Assembly (NCBI GenBank): GCA_002774875.1
Contig: PCYM01000002.1
Location: forward strand, 14,781-78,780
Reading direction: 5' to 3'
DNA length: 64,000 nt
Origin: Candidatus Uhrbacteria bacterium CG10_big_fil_rev_8_21_14_0_10_50_16
GTDB taxonomy: Bacteria > Patescibacteriota > Patescibacteriia > UBA9934 > UBA11717
Positions 18,253-29,307 of this stretch are shown piece by piece. Numbering within the stretch: the first letter of the stretch is position 1; every line of letters begins with the position of its first letter. The position numbers and the translations under genes are program-made. A model generated the notes under the pieces. It was not told where the DNA came from and did not search any database. It saw nothing but the letters and a program-made list of their open reading frames with translations.

Positions 18253-20508
18253 ATGTATTTGAAAGAGCTTACCTTGCAGGGATTCAAAACCTTTGCAAAG
18301 AAAACAACCATCCAGTTCATTCAACCAACGCACGATCGACGAGGCGTCACAGCTGTCGTTGGACCAAACGGGTCTGGCAAAAGTAACGTTGCCGATGCCC
18401 TTCGGTGGGTTTTGGGAGAACAAAGCATGAAGACATTGCGAGGCAAAGCGGCGCACGATGTGATTTTTTCTGGTTCTAACGGAAAAGGTCGCTCTGGGTT
18501 TGCAGAGGTTACGGTGCTTTTTGGTGAGGCGGACACGGTAGAGGGGGTCGATGCATCTGAGCTTTCTATTAGCAGACGACTGTACCGCGACGGAGAATCT
18601 CAATATTACATTAACAACCAATCCTCTCGCCTCTCGGACGTACACATGCTTTTGGCTCAGGCAAACGTTGGACAAAAAAGTTACGCCATTATTAACCAAG
18701 GACAAATCGATCACATTCTCGCCGCATCTTACGAGGAACGAAAGGCATTTTTTGACGATGCGACCGGCGTTAAACCACTCCAACTCAAGCGTCATAAGGC
18801 GGTACTGAAGTTGAATCGAACACGCGATAATCTGGGCCAGGCGGAGCTCCTATTAGAGGAGCTGGCACCACGTTTGCGAACACTTAAACGGTTGGTTAGT
18901 CGACTCAGCGAGCGAGAAGAAGTGGAGCGTGAGCTCAGCCTCAAGCAACTTGCCTACTATGGATCCCTCTGGAATCAGTTGCAATCCAAGATGCAAGCAG
19001 AGCTCGCTGTGTTTGCAACTCACGAGGCACAGGTAAAAGAGCAGCAAGCGGTTTTTGAACACGAACGCCAACAGTTTAAGGCACTCGAGCTTGCAGAAAA
19101 ACAAGAGAACGCTCCCGAGCAGGGATTAGAAGAACTCTCCGAGCTCCAACGGCGATACGAGGTTCTTCAGGAGCAACGCAACCATGTGCGCGAGGAACGG
19201 TTCGAGCGTGAAAAATCTCTCGAGTTGGCAAGGGCGGCTTCTACCACAAGCTGGACACCGCTTCCCCTCACCAAGATTATTGAGGGAATTGCCGCGGTTG
19301 CAAGTAGCATAGGTAACCTCAAGGCAAAATTAAAGGACGGAACGCTCACCGAGCAAGATCTAGACCATGCCGAGGCGTCGTCGAGTGGATTACTGAATCG
19401 TTTGCAAAAACCCGCACCTGTCGAGCACACACCAGACCCAGAAATTCTCAAACAACTGGAGCGTTTTAAGACCGAAGATGCCAAGATCGTGATTGAGCTC
19501 ACAACGCTCAAACAGGCCATGACAGACCTTGCATCGGCCTCAAAATCGGAGAAAAAAGAGCTGTTTGCTCTACAACACAGAATGCTAGAGGCACAGGAAA
19601 AACTGCATGCCCTCGAATCACGCCTCAATGAACACCGTGTCACACTTGCACGGATAGAGACACGCGCTGAGGACTTGGAACGAGACATGCGTCAGGTACT
19701 AGGTGAACGTATGGCCGAGGCAAAAGCTTCTAAAGAACAGGCTAATGCGGATGCACTCTACCCAGTCATTCAACAACTGCGACACAAATTAGATCTTATT
19801 GGCGGGATTGACGAGGAGACGGTTGCCGAGTTTGAGGAGGCTAAGGAGCGACATGACTTCTTGGACACGCAGATTGCGGATCTCGTACAGGCACTCAACG
19901 ACACGGAGAAAATCGTCAAAGAATTAGATGCGCAGATTACAAGCCAATCCAATAAAACGTTTAAGGAGATTCAGAAGCACTTTGAGCATTACTTTAAGAT
20001 CCTGTTTCGCGGGGGGACATGTGCACTTGTGGAGATAAAAGCTAAAGATCTCGCGCAGACGTCGGCAGATGAGACAAATTCCGTTACAGCGGAGGACGCA
20101 GAAGATGCGGCTCCTCCAATGAGTAAGCAGGAAGGCGAGCGCGTTGTGGGAATTGAGATTCAGGCCACGCCTCCCGGGAAAAAGCTCAAGAGTATCAATC
20201 TCTTGTCCGGTGGCGAGCGAGCGCTCACATCCATTGCGCTCATTAGTGCCATTATGGCCACTAATCCGTCACCGTTTGTGGTGTTGGACGAGGTGGACGC
20301 GGCGTTGGACGAGGCAAACACGGTGAGATTCGCAGAGATTGTAGAAGAGCTCGCCGGAAAGACACAGTTTGTACTTATTACGCACAACCGAGCTACCATG
20401 CATGCCGCCGACGCCCTTTACGGTGTCACCATGCAAAGTGACGGCATCTCGCAACTGATATCGGTCAAACTAGAGGAAATTGAGCAACAAGGAACCGCCC
20501 GGCGTTAG
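18253..20508 (+). CDS. smc: Chromosome segregation protein SMC (short ~750-aa form)
   Basis: N-terminal Walker A GPNGSGKSN, long coiled coils, C-terminal LSGGERALTSIAL...VLDEVDAALD signature/Walker B; start at ATG 18253 just after TATAAT. Confidence 0.8.
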   Translation: MYLKELTLQGFKTFAKKTTIQFIQPTHDRRGVTAVVGPNGSGKSNVADALRWVLGEQSMKTLRGKAAHDVIFSGSNGKGRSGFAEVTVLFGEADTVEGVDASELSISRRLYRDGESQYYINNQSSRLSDVHMLLAQANVGQKSYAIINQGQIDHILAASYEERKAFFDDATGVKPLQLKRHKAVLKLNRTRDNLGQAELLLEELAPRLRTLKRLVSRLSEREEVERELSLKQLAYYGSLWNQLQSKMQAELAVFATHEAQVKEQQAVFEHERQQFKALELAEKQENAPEQGLEELSELQRRYEVLQEQRNHVREERFEREKSLELARAASTTSWTPLPLTKIIEGIAAVASSIGNLKAKLKDGTLTEQDLDHAEASSSGLLNRLQKPAPVEHTPDPEILKQLERFKTEDAKIVIELTTLKQAMTDLASASKSEKKELFALQHRMLEAQEKLHALESRLNEHRVTLARIETRAEDLERDMRQVLGERMAEAKASKEQANADALYPVIQQLRHKLDLIGGIDEETVAEFEEAKERHDFLDTQIADLVQALNDTEKIVKELDAQITSQSNKTFKEIQKHFEHYFKILFRGGTCALVEIKAKDLAQTSADETNSVTAEDAEDAAPPMSKQEGERVVGIEIQATPPGKKLKSINLLSGGERALTSIALISAIMATNPSPFVVLDEVDAALDEANTVRFAEIVEELAGKTQFVLITHNRATMHAADALYGVTMQSDGISQLISVKLEEIEQQGTARR

Positions 20509-20524
20509 TCGGGTGGTTTTTTTC

Positions 20525-20553
20525 TTGACAGTTTTTTAGGTTTTTCCTACACT
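20525..20553 (+). promoter_or_regulatory. Sigma70-like promoter TTGACA-N17-TACACT heading a ~190-nt mini transcription unit
   Basis: Hexamers read directly after the SMC terminator. Confidence 0.45.
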
Positions 20554-20707
20554 TGAGGCCTTCTCCCTCCGTGTTCGAAACCAGGTTACGAAAGGGCCTG
20601 CCTATCGTGTACGCTCCCATCAGCCCCATCAGCCTCCAGATCGTCTTCGGCTGGGGTCGCGCCTGCGACCTGCTCGATCCCGGCATCTGAGCACAACACT
20701 TCTTCCT

Positions 20708-20750
20708 CTGATCGGCGGCCCTCTCAGGGTGCGCCGATCAGTCTTTTTTG
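20708..20750 (+). terminator. Strong rho-independent terminator (10-bp perfect stem ctgatcggcg...cgccgatcag + T6)
   Basis: Perfect inverted repeat followed by TCTTTTTT. Confidence 0.7.
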
Positions 20751-20941
20751 AGCGGTGTTTAAGAAAACAAAGACGATAAACACGCTCTTACAAGCTCATG
20801 CTTGACATTTTCTTGTATTTCTCGTATTCTCACACCACTCTCGCGATCCGTCGTGAAGGCAGATGGTCCAACGCCAGTTAATCTGGAATATCTCGTTGGT
20901 CATTATCTACCTGTTTGTATCTATTCCTATCTATCAATTAC

Positions 20942-21442
20942 ATGTTGTCTATCCGTTTTCAACGCACAGGAAAGAAGAAAGCCCCACAGTACCGCGTGGT
21001 GGTAACCGAAAAAACTCGTGACCCATGGGGAAAGCATAACGAGATCGTCGGACACTATAACCCTCGTACCAAAGAAGCGGTTCTTAAAGAGGATCGTATC
21101 CAGTACTGGGTAAGTGTCGGTGCACAACCAACCAACTCCGTTCGCAACTTACTCATTCGCTTGAACGTAATCAAGGGCGAAAAGGTAAAATCCATCACCA
21201 TCAGCAAAAAGCGACAGGGTGCATTGGATGCTAAGAACACAGAGAAGATGGAGGCCCTTGCAGCCGCAGAAGAGGCAAAGAAGGCAGAAGCAGAAGCCAA
21301 GAAGGCGGCGGCTGAGGCTGAGAAAGCTGCTGCAGAAGAGGCAAAGGCAGCTGCAGAGACAGCACCTGTGGAAGAAGTACCTGCAGAGGTTGCTTCAAAG
21401 GTGCCAGAAGAAGAGGCTCCCGCAGAACCCGTTACAGAATAA
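20942..21442 (+). CDS. rpsP: 30S ribosomal protein S16 with Lys/Ala/Glu-rich C-terminal extension
   Basis: MLSIRFQRTGKKKAPQYRVVVTE...; the repetitive KAEAEAKKAAAEAEKAAAEEAKAAAE tail is unusual. Confidence 0.85.
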   Translation: MLSIRFQRTGKKKAPQYRVVVTEKTRDPWGKHNEIVGHYNPRTKEAVLKEDRIQYWVSVGAQPTNSVRNLLIRLNVIKGEKVKSITISKKRQGALDAKNTEKMEALAAAEEAKKAEAEAKKAAAEAEKAAAEEAKAAAETAPVEEVPAEVASKVPEEEAPAEPVTE

Positions 21443-21445
21443 CCC

Positions 21446-21475
21446 AAAACGAGCTCATCCGAGCTCGTTTTTGTA
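21446..21475 (+). terminator. Rho-independent terminator after rpsP
   Basis: acgagctc-atcc-gagctcgt + T5. Confidence 0.65.
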
Positions 21476-21738
21476 TAACTATATTTATTCTTCCCCCCTC
21501 CTTTTTGTTTCGCCAAAAAGGAGGCAAAAAGCATTGTGTCTGCACTGTGTGCGCCGTAAGACCCACGTCAACACTCCGCGTCGCTGCAGGTGTGTGCCGA
21601 TCGTGGCGATTCATACAGAATCTTCAATTGGCTACACGGCTTCGCTCTACAGAAGAGCTTCGTTTATGCCAAGGTCTTACCGGCGTACTCGTGGGGACAC
21701 GCGGAGGGAACTCTCGAAGATTGCTATATGGCGAGGGT

Positions 21739-22398
21739 CTATGTCTCCCCTGTTTTCCGATGTTCCTCTCGCCATTTGGCAATCTCCGCATGATTCCCCG
21801 ACAGCAACACGTCCGGAACGCGCCAGCCCTTAAACTCCTCCGGCTTTGTATATTGTGGGTATTCCAACACGCCTTCTTCATTGTGTGATTCATCTGTGAG
21901 CGTATCATCATTGCCCAATACACCCGGAATATTGCGCACGATCGCATCCGTCATCGTGAGCGCCGGCAGCTCACCACCGGTCAACACATAATTTCCCACA
22001 GAAAATGACTCATCCACGAGTTGATCTTCCACCCGCTGATCCACCCCCTCGTACCTGCCACACACAAAAATAAGATGATCATACTCTTTGGCTAGACGCT
22101 GGGCATCCTTCTGCGTGAACATCTTCCCTGCCGCCGAAGTCATAATCACATACGTGCTCTTTCGCTTTAAAAACGGTTTGAGCTTTTTGAGTGCTGCATA
22201 CATTGGCTCCACTTTCATAACCATTCCCGCGCCCCCACCATAGGGCGTGTCATCCACCTGCGCGTGTTTCCCCTCTGCAAAATCACGTAATTGCACAGCC
22301 TCAAGCTTGATCCCTATCCGCTGTGCGCGCCCCAAAATCGACCCGTCCAAATAGGGCTGAACCATCTCAGGAAACAATGTGAGAATTTGTATTTTCAT
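21739..22398 (-). CDS. trmD: tRNA (guanine37-N1)-methyltransferase TrmD
   Basis: SPOUT/TrmD motifs (GRYEG, TGGELPA) over 219 aa. Confidence 0.85.
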   Translation of the reverse strand: MKIQILTLFPEMVQPYLDGSILGRAQRIGIKLEAVQLRDFAEGKHAQVDDTPYGGGAGMVMKVEPMYAALKKLKPFLKRKSTYVIMTSAAGKMFTQKDAQRLAKEYDHLIFVCGRYEGVDQRVEDQLVDESFSVGNYVLTGGELPALTMTDAIVRNIPGVLGNDDTLTDESHNEEGVLEYPQYTKPEEFKGWRVPDVLLSGNHAEIAKWREEHRKTGET

Positions 22399-23078
22399 AC
22401 CTGTAGCAGTGCTTTTAGTAGATCTGCAGCCTGTTTATGACGCTTCCAGTCCGCATCGTTGGGTTTGAGCTCGTGCTGTTTTACGTCGAGCCGAGGAACA
22501 ATCAGGGAAAAAATATCCTTGTGATCAGCAATCCCCCTGGGCTCAATGTTTCCAAGCTCTAACAGCGAATTTGCGGCATGATAGCGTGTTAAATACCCGG
22601 GTGCATGAGCCACACGGTCCAGCAACGCATCCACAATCTCTTGGTCAATCGGCAGCTTGCGCGCCGCAATAATCGTATCCAGAGCGTGAATTCCTCGATC
22701 TTCTGTAACCATCCCTATGATCAAATCATGATACAGGGTCTTTTCCTTCTCCGTCGCCTCTAAATCATATTGAAAAAGAAATTGCGCAAGTGCCGCGATA
22801 AATCCACCTTTCTCTCCGTGAGCAACAAGCGGTTTTATGACCTCTACTCCTTTTTGTGCATCAAACACTGCCCACGCCGGAATCGCATCCACGTCTTTTT
22901 CCTCAACAATTCCACGTGTGAGCATTTTTGCCGTGTGAAGTCGCTCCTGTGGATCTTTTATAGCCCGAATCTGCTCCACATCTGGTCCACCCTCATGCCA
23001 CACCATGTAGGCCGGCCCAAACACACGTTCTCTAAACGCCTCGTAGGATTCGTTTGGATCAAATTGCTGCTGTTTCAT
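22395..23078 (-). CDS. Hypothetical protein (227 aa) co-transcribed upstream of trmD
   Basis: ORF track; 4-nt overlap with trmD; no recognisable motif. Confidence 0.5.
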   Translation of the reverse strand: MKQQQFDPNESYEAFRERVFGPAYMVWHEGGPDVEQIRAIKDPQERLHTAKMLTRGIVEEKDVDAIPAWAVFDAQKGVEVIKPLVAHGEKGGFIAALAQFLFQYDLEATEKEKTLYHDLIIGMVTEDRGIHALDTIIAARKLPIDQEIVDALLDRVAHAPGYLTRYHAANSLLELGNIEPRGIADHKDIFSLIVPRLDVKQHELKPNDADWKRHKQAADLLKALLQV

Positions 23079-23167
23079 AACGTGAGTTGACGTGTAATTC
23101 CTCTCTATACTATCATGCTTGCACTGACAGACGTCAGGGAGATTCTTATTAGACGTAACGAAACGCT

Positions 23168-23521
23168 ATGGCTGAGCAAGATCAGCAGTTTGTCGAGGAC
23201 GTGGTGAAAGCCATCGTCAATCATCCAGATGACGTACGCACAGAGCGTACCGTGGATGAACGTGGGGTGCTTATTACACTTCACACAAACCCAGAAGACA
23301 TGGGGTATGTGATTGGACGCAGTGGTCAAACCGCGCGTTCCATTCGAACGCTTCTCCGAATTGTGGGAGCCAAGAACAACGCCCGTGTGACCCTCAAAAT
23401 CATTGAGCCGGAAGGATCCACACATCGCCGACGCGACGAGATGGAACCCGAGGTTCAAGAAGACGAGGCTGGAATGGATGATGATATCGACACTTCAACC
23501 GTTGATGATCTAACCATCTAG
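23168..23521 (+). CDS. KH-domain RNA-binding protein (KhpA/YlqC-like) with acidic C-terminal tail
   Basis: KH core VIGRSGQTARSIRTLL; 117 aa. Confidence 0.65.
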   Translation: MAEQDQQFVEDVVKAIVNHPDDVRTERTVDERGVLITLHTNPEDMGYVIGRSGQTARSIRTLLRIVGAKNNARVTLKIIEPEGSTHRRRDEMEPEVQEDEAGMDDDIDTSTVDDLTI

Positions 23522-23583
23522 TCATGCAACCGCTACAAGACCTGCACGCAAACGTGCGGGTCTTGTTTTTGTTGCGTTTTTTC

Positions 23584-23613
23584 TTGACAATCTCGTTTGC
23601 CATTCTGTATGCT
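23584..23613 (+). promoter_or_regulatory. rRNA operon promoter P1 candidate TTGACA-N18-TATGCT
   Basis: Read directly; followed by strong SD + 22-codon ORF (23655..23723), a 9-bp GC hairpin (23723-23790) and a boxA-like CTCTTTTTATAACA (23796-23815). Confidence 0.45.
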
Positions 23614-23891
23614 TGTTTTTGTACAACGAGCTTCGGCTCAGAAAGGAGTCGGCCATGTTGGCCAACTTGCCGATCGACGGGCAGTGCCCGTCCCTCGTCT
23701 CGACGATCATCTGCGGGAGCTAGGCGCCCGTCTGCTCCAGCCCCCGCAGGGATCCTTCACCCCTTCTTCGGCCGACGCCCCACGGGCGCCGGCCGAACTC
23801 TTTTTATAACAGCTTTTATTGAATATTTTGATCCACAACCTCGCTCTTACCAATACCTCTCTAGCCCGCTTCCTCTCGCCTTTAAGAATCC

Positions 23892-23920
23892 TTGACAAGA
23901 TTTTCAGCCTGTATTACAAT
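23892..23920 (+). promoter_or_regulatory. rRNA operon promoter P2 TTGACA-N17-TACAAT
   Basis: Near-consensus hexamers ~265 nt upstream of the 16S 5' end. Confidence 0.6.
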
Positions 23921-24184
23921 TCCGTCGCATTGGAGTGATTCCTCTACCGACCTCATTCGGCCCCTGGCCAACGGTAGTTGAATATCGTCAAGGATCATTA
24001 CAAGGAAGCAAAGTTGGAGCTCATCCTGCACTTCTGAGATTTGTCTCGGAAGACGCACATGACTTCAATCTTTCACAATTGTGCATTACGTGATTGTAAC
24101 GTCTATTTCAAGTCCTTCTCTACTCCGAGAAGGCAACTGACAGATATTTATTGAATGTTTAATTTATTAAGCATTCGTAAGTGT

Positions 24185-25666
<1,482 letters not shown>

Positions 25667-25854
25667 AACGGAATTATACGTTGGTCGAGGTCTTGTACAT
25701 CAAGATCAGTCTCTCGAGACTAAAATCAAAGTCCGCGCAGTACCGCGGCAAGTAGACGTTGCAATCACGTAGCACACAATAAATAAACTCCCCATGTTGA
25801 GGCATGAGGAGTTTTTGTTTCTTTGACACGCTCAATAAGACACCGTAGGATAGA

Positions 25855-26538
25855 ATGACTATGCACCCCTGGGAACACGAATATCGACAACATCAACTAA
25901 TTCACGAGAATCTGGAACCGCTTGCCTGTGTCCGCGTTTTGTTGCGACAGCTCAAGAAACTGAAGTTTGATTTTGCCCATGCGCACGTCCTTGATTTAGG
26001 TACCGGCACTGGCAGACATGCACTTGCTTTTGCGGACAAGGGAGCAACCGCGATCGGTTACGACATCTCCCCTTCTGCTATCCAGATTGCAACGGCGAAT
26101 CAAACAGATCATCCAGGTACGGCCACCTTTTCTATTCGTGATATTGGTGAACCCTACCCTGTTCAGGACGCATCGATAGATCTTGTTCTCGATGTCACAA
26201 GCTCGCACGCCCTCATGCAGCCTCAGCGCTCTACCTACATCAATGAGGTGACACGTATACTCAAACCAGGCGGATATTTTTTTGTACGAACGTTTGCCAT
26301 GGAGGGTGATGCAAATGCCAAGCGGCTGATAAAAGAGTATCCAGGTCCAGAGCCAAGCACCTATATTCTCCCAGGGTTAAATCTTACGGAACGTGTTCTA
26401 ACAAAAAAGGAACTTATTGAATCATTTCCTCGGCTCACCCTTGTTACCCTTAAGCAAGTAACCGGGTACACTGTAGTTGCCAATCAACGCTATAAGCGCA
26501 ATTACTGGATCGCGCTCTTTCAAAAGCAGAGAGAATAG
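25855..26538 (+). CDS. Class I SAM-dependent methyltransferase
   Basis: Motif I LDLGTGTGRHA; TTGACA-N17-TAGGAT promoter just upstream; 227 aa. Confidence 0.7.
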   Translation: MTMHPWEHEYRQHQLIHENLEPLACVRVLLRQLKKLKFDFAHAHVLDLGTGTGRHALAFADKGATAIGYDISPSAIQIATANQTDHPGTATFSIRDIGEPYPVQDASIDLVLDVTSSHALMQPQRSTYINEVTRILKPGGYFFVRTFAMEGDANAKRLIKEYPGPEPSTYILPGLNLTERVLTKKELIESFPRLTLVTLKQVTGYTVVANQRYKRNYWIALFQKQRE

Positions 26539-26539
26539 G

Positions 26540-26578
26540 CAAACAAAAAACCGCCTCATAAAGGTGGTTTTTACTTAT
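26540..26578. terminator. Bidirectional terminator (ccgcct-cataa-aggtgg with A/T flanks)
   Basis: Stem-loop flanked by A6 and T5. Confidence 0.55.
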
Positions 26579-26582
26579 CTGG

Positions 26583-26657
26583 TGGTGCCGGGAGTCAGAA
26601 TTGAACTGACGACACGTGGCTCTTCAGGCCACTGCTCTACCACTGAGCTACCCCGGC
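26583..26657 (-). tRNA. tRNA-Phe (anticodon GAA)
   Basis: Reverse complement GCCGGGGTAGCTCAGTGGTAGAGCAGTGGCCTGAAGAGCCACGTGTCGTCAGTTCAATTCTGACTCCCGGCACCA; anticodon loop CTGAAGA. Confidence 0.85.
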
Positions 26658-26904
26658 GTTTTGGTTCCGCTTGTGTGTTCGCGATCTCTTTTTTCAGCCA
26701 TTCCGGTGCTCGACAACGTACATATTCGTACGTATTACTTTGCTCCTCATAGCTTTAAAAAGATCTCATCAAACACACTTCGCTCACATATGCACGACTA
26801 ACTTGCATCCGTACCATGATAGCCTTCAATGCACTTCGCTCGTATGGAACGCGCAAACAAATCCTGTAAAATACGTGATCAATCTCTATACACAAGAAAG
26901 TGAT

Positions 26905-26981
26905 TGGTGGGCGTGCCAAGAATCGAACTTGGGACCTCAGCATTATCAGTGCTGCGCTCTAACCATCTGAGCTACACGCCC
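26905..26981 (-). tRNA. tRNA-Ile (anticodon GAU)
   Basis: Reverse complement GGGCGTGTAGCTCAGATGGTTAGAGCGCAGCACTGATAATGCTGAGGTCCCAAGTTCGATTCTTGGCACGCCCACCA; anticodon loop CTGATAA. Confidence 0.85.
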
Positions 26982-27007
26982 GTTGTAACGGCGCTACTGT
27001 ATCAGTA

Positions 27008-28216
27008 TTGCCCCAACATGGCAAGAGTGCAATAATGATAGATATGAAACACCTCCTCACCCTCCTATCCTTCTCCCTCCTGCTTCTTCCCTCACCAGGG
27101 CACGCGGAGAGCCTCTACAGCCACGTTGCCGTCAGTTCTGGGGTCAACGCCCCAAGTTCGATTACAGGAGCACCAGACGGGGCTTCTACCACATTTACCT
27201 CCTCCACCTCCTGGGTGGAGCCAGGATTCCCTCAAACCTCCACTGGAGACGTCTCATTTCAATACACGGCCCCCTCCGACGACCTCTATTCCATGACGGT
27301 TAATTTTATGAATGGAGCGAGTATTGAGCATTCGGCGATCGTGATTTTTGTAGGAACGGCCCCAACGGGTATCGAGACGATTCAAAACCCAGATGGGGTG
27401 ACATTTGATCGCATTCACATCTCTCCAGATGATCCGTTATTTGGCATTGACGCCGTATGGATCGAAACTGCCGGATCAGATCCTGTGGTTGATCCAATCA
27501 GCGAGCCTGTAACACCCGTGGATTCCACGACAGACGACGCACTTACCGGACAGCCTGCTCCAGAGCCCTTAGATCGTCCAATCGGCTATCCTCGTCTTGT
27601 TAAACTCACAGATGATCACAACGCATCAACGCAATATGACACCGCTGTCTACGCGATCGATTCACAAGGAAAGCGTCGACCTTTCTCCAATGAGACCATC
27701 TACTTTTCTTGGTTTCCTGGGTTTGACGATGTAGAAGAAATCTCTGCAAGTGAGATGGCAAGCATTCCCCTTGGGGCGGCAATGCCCATGCATCAAGGGA
27801 CATGGCTTGTGAAAATTCAAAGTACACCGGACGTCTACGCCGTAGAACAAGGGGGTGTCTTGCGACGTATCCCCGACGAGACAACGGCACTTTATTACTA
27901 CGGACCAGACTGGGCAAAGCGCGTGCGTGATATTGCTCCCACGGATTGGCCGCGCTACACCAAGGGAGAAGATCTTTCCTACGTTCACCCAGATGACAGC
28001 ATTGTGCGGGACCAGAATCTTGTAGTGTGGCATATCAGAAACGGCGTAAAACGACAGATCTCAGAAAATGATCTAGCCTTCTATGGGATCGATGACGATG
28101 TGATCGTTTATAGCCTGTTTAGTGTCTTTAATCCTAGCCTCGTAGACCTTGTTGACTCCTACCCAATCGGCATGATGTACGACCGATCGGACGACTTTAA
28201 TTGGTACAGCTTTTAG
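27008..28216 (+). CDS. Secreted hypothetical protein (signal peptide, Pro/Thr-rich linker, 402 aa)
   Basis: ORF track; ...LLLLPSPGHA signal; true start may be Met 27035 or 27044. Confidence 0.55.
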   Translation: MPQHGKSAIMIDMKHLLTLLSFSLLLLPSPGHAESLYSHVAVSSGVNAPSSITGAPDGASTTFTSSTSWVEPGFPQTSTGDVSFQYTAPSDDLYSMTVNFMNGASIEHSAIVIFVGTAPTGIETIQNPDGVTFDRIHISPDDPLFGIDAVWIETAGSDPVVDPISEPVTPVDSTTDDALTGQPAPEPLDRPIGYPRLVKLTDDHNASTQYDTAVYAIDSQGKRRPFSNETIYFSWFPGFDDVEEISASEMASIPLGAAMPMHQGTWLVKIQSTPDVYAVEQGGVLRRIPDETTALYYYGPDWAKRVRDIAPTDWPRYTKGEDLSYVHPDDSIVRDQNLVVWHIRNGVKRQISENDLAFYGIDDDVIVYSLFSVFNPSLVDLVDSYPIGMMYDRSDDFNWYSF

Positions 28217-28311
28217 GGCTCGACAAAGGAATGGGCTTGTGGCATAATGCCTCCGCTGATGAGTCATAGAGATGTTAAAGGCCCTGGCGCCTTTGCTCGT
28301 TATGCGCGGAT

Positions 28312-28388
28312 CGGGCTGTAGCTCAGTAGGCTAGAGCGCTTGGTTTGGGACCAAGAGGTCGTGGGTTCGAGCCCCGCTAGCCCGACCA
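28312..28388 (+). tRNA. tRNA-Pro (anticodon UGG)
   Basis: CGGGCTGTAGCTCAGTAGGCTAGAGCGCTTGGTTTGGGACCAAGAGGTCGTGGGTTCGAGCCCCGCTAGCCCGACCA; anticodon loop TTTGGGA; terminator acaccacc-gaaa-ggtggtgt+T5 at 28391-28420. Confidence 0.85.
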
Positions 28389-28464
28389 TCATGAACACCA
28401 CCGAAAGGTGGTGTTTTTGTTGTATTTACTGGCATTTTTTTTAAAAAAATAGGGCGCAATACCT

Positions 28465-28493
28465 TGACAAAACACCAAAATCGTGTTATAACG
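28465..28493 (+). promoter_or_regulatory. Sigma70-like promoter TTGACA-N17-TATAAC in AT-rich DNA driving a high-GC ORF
   Basis: Read directly. Confidence 0.5.
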
Positions 28494-28529
28494 GCAGCAG
28501 TTTCCAAACCCCCGGATCTTGGAGGATCC

Positions 28530-28910
28530 ATGCAGAACGTGAACGTGACTGTTGCTGGCGAAATCACCACCCTCCCCTGGAAGGAGGCCCTCCACCTCCT
28601 CCTGGAGGTGACAGAGTCGAAGCTCGACTTCGGCGACGGAGTCGAGCTGTCCCGCATCGGACCCCTCTGGGGGATCCGATGGACCGGACAGCCGTCCGCC
28701 CACCCGGGCACGGTGGACACCGCGGACATCCGCGGTGTGACGGTTCAAATGCGCCGTCACGCGAGAGCCCTCCCCCAGGCGTTGGAGGGGCTCCTGCGGG
28801 GGTCCCACCGCCGGGTGAGCCTCATGTGGGGCAGCACCCGGCGGTATGCCGGGATGGCACTCGAGCTCGTCGTCGAGGACGACGAGCTCTACGCCACGAT
28901 CTCCGTCTGA
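28530..28910 (+). CDS. High-GC hypothetical protein (126 aa) in a self-contained cassette
   Basis: GGAGGA SD then ATG at 28530 (the track ORF starts earlier in AT-rich leader); GC3-saturated; followed by 9-bp perfect hairpin atgccccgc...gcggggcat. Confidence 0.5.
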   Translation: MQNVNVTVAGEITTLPWKEALHLLLEVTESKLDFGDGVELSRIGPLWGIRWTGQPSAHPGTVDTADIRGVTVQMRRHARALPQALEGLLRGSHRRVSLMWGSTRRYAGMALELVVEDDELYATISV

Positions 28911-28989
28911 CAACCCCTGCTATGCCCCGCTTCCCAATCCTGGGAGGCGGGGCATACTGTTTGACAAAAAAACGTGCAGTCTGTAGCGT

Positions 28990-29300
28990 ATAGGTAGTCC
29001 TTTTACAACAACAAAATCAATGACTCGAGAAGTAGTACTCTTATTACTCCCTGCAAAGCGAATCCGGGATGGTGGAAGCCGGATCATAGAATAAGAAGAA
29101 ATTGGACTCGATGAGATGACGCGTGCTTTTGTGCGTGTCCGGCATCCCCCGTAACCTTGGGATAATGTGTATCTACGGAGCACATGAAAGAGCCTTCTTT
29201 TTTTAGAAGGAATTGAGGTGGTACCGCGGTGGTGGAGAACCCCCGTCCTCAGACAACGTCTTGTTGTCTTTGGGCGGGGGTTTTTTGCCCCACGCAAGGA
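28990..29300 (+). promoter_or_regulatory. T-box riboswitch leader with intrinsic terminator
   Basis: Canonical T-box sequence AATTGAGGTGGTACCGCGGTG at ~29205-29225 (17/19 to AAUUAGGGUGGUACCGCGG); ~300-nt leader; terminator ccccc gtcc...gggcggggg + T6 at ~29242-29290 just before the SD of the downstream operon. Confidence 0.65.
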
Positions 29301-29307
29301 GTGTCTC

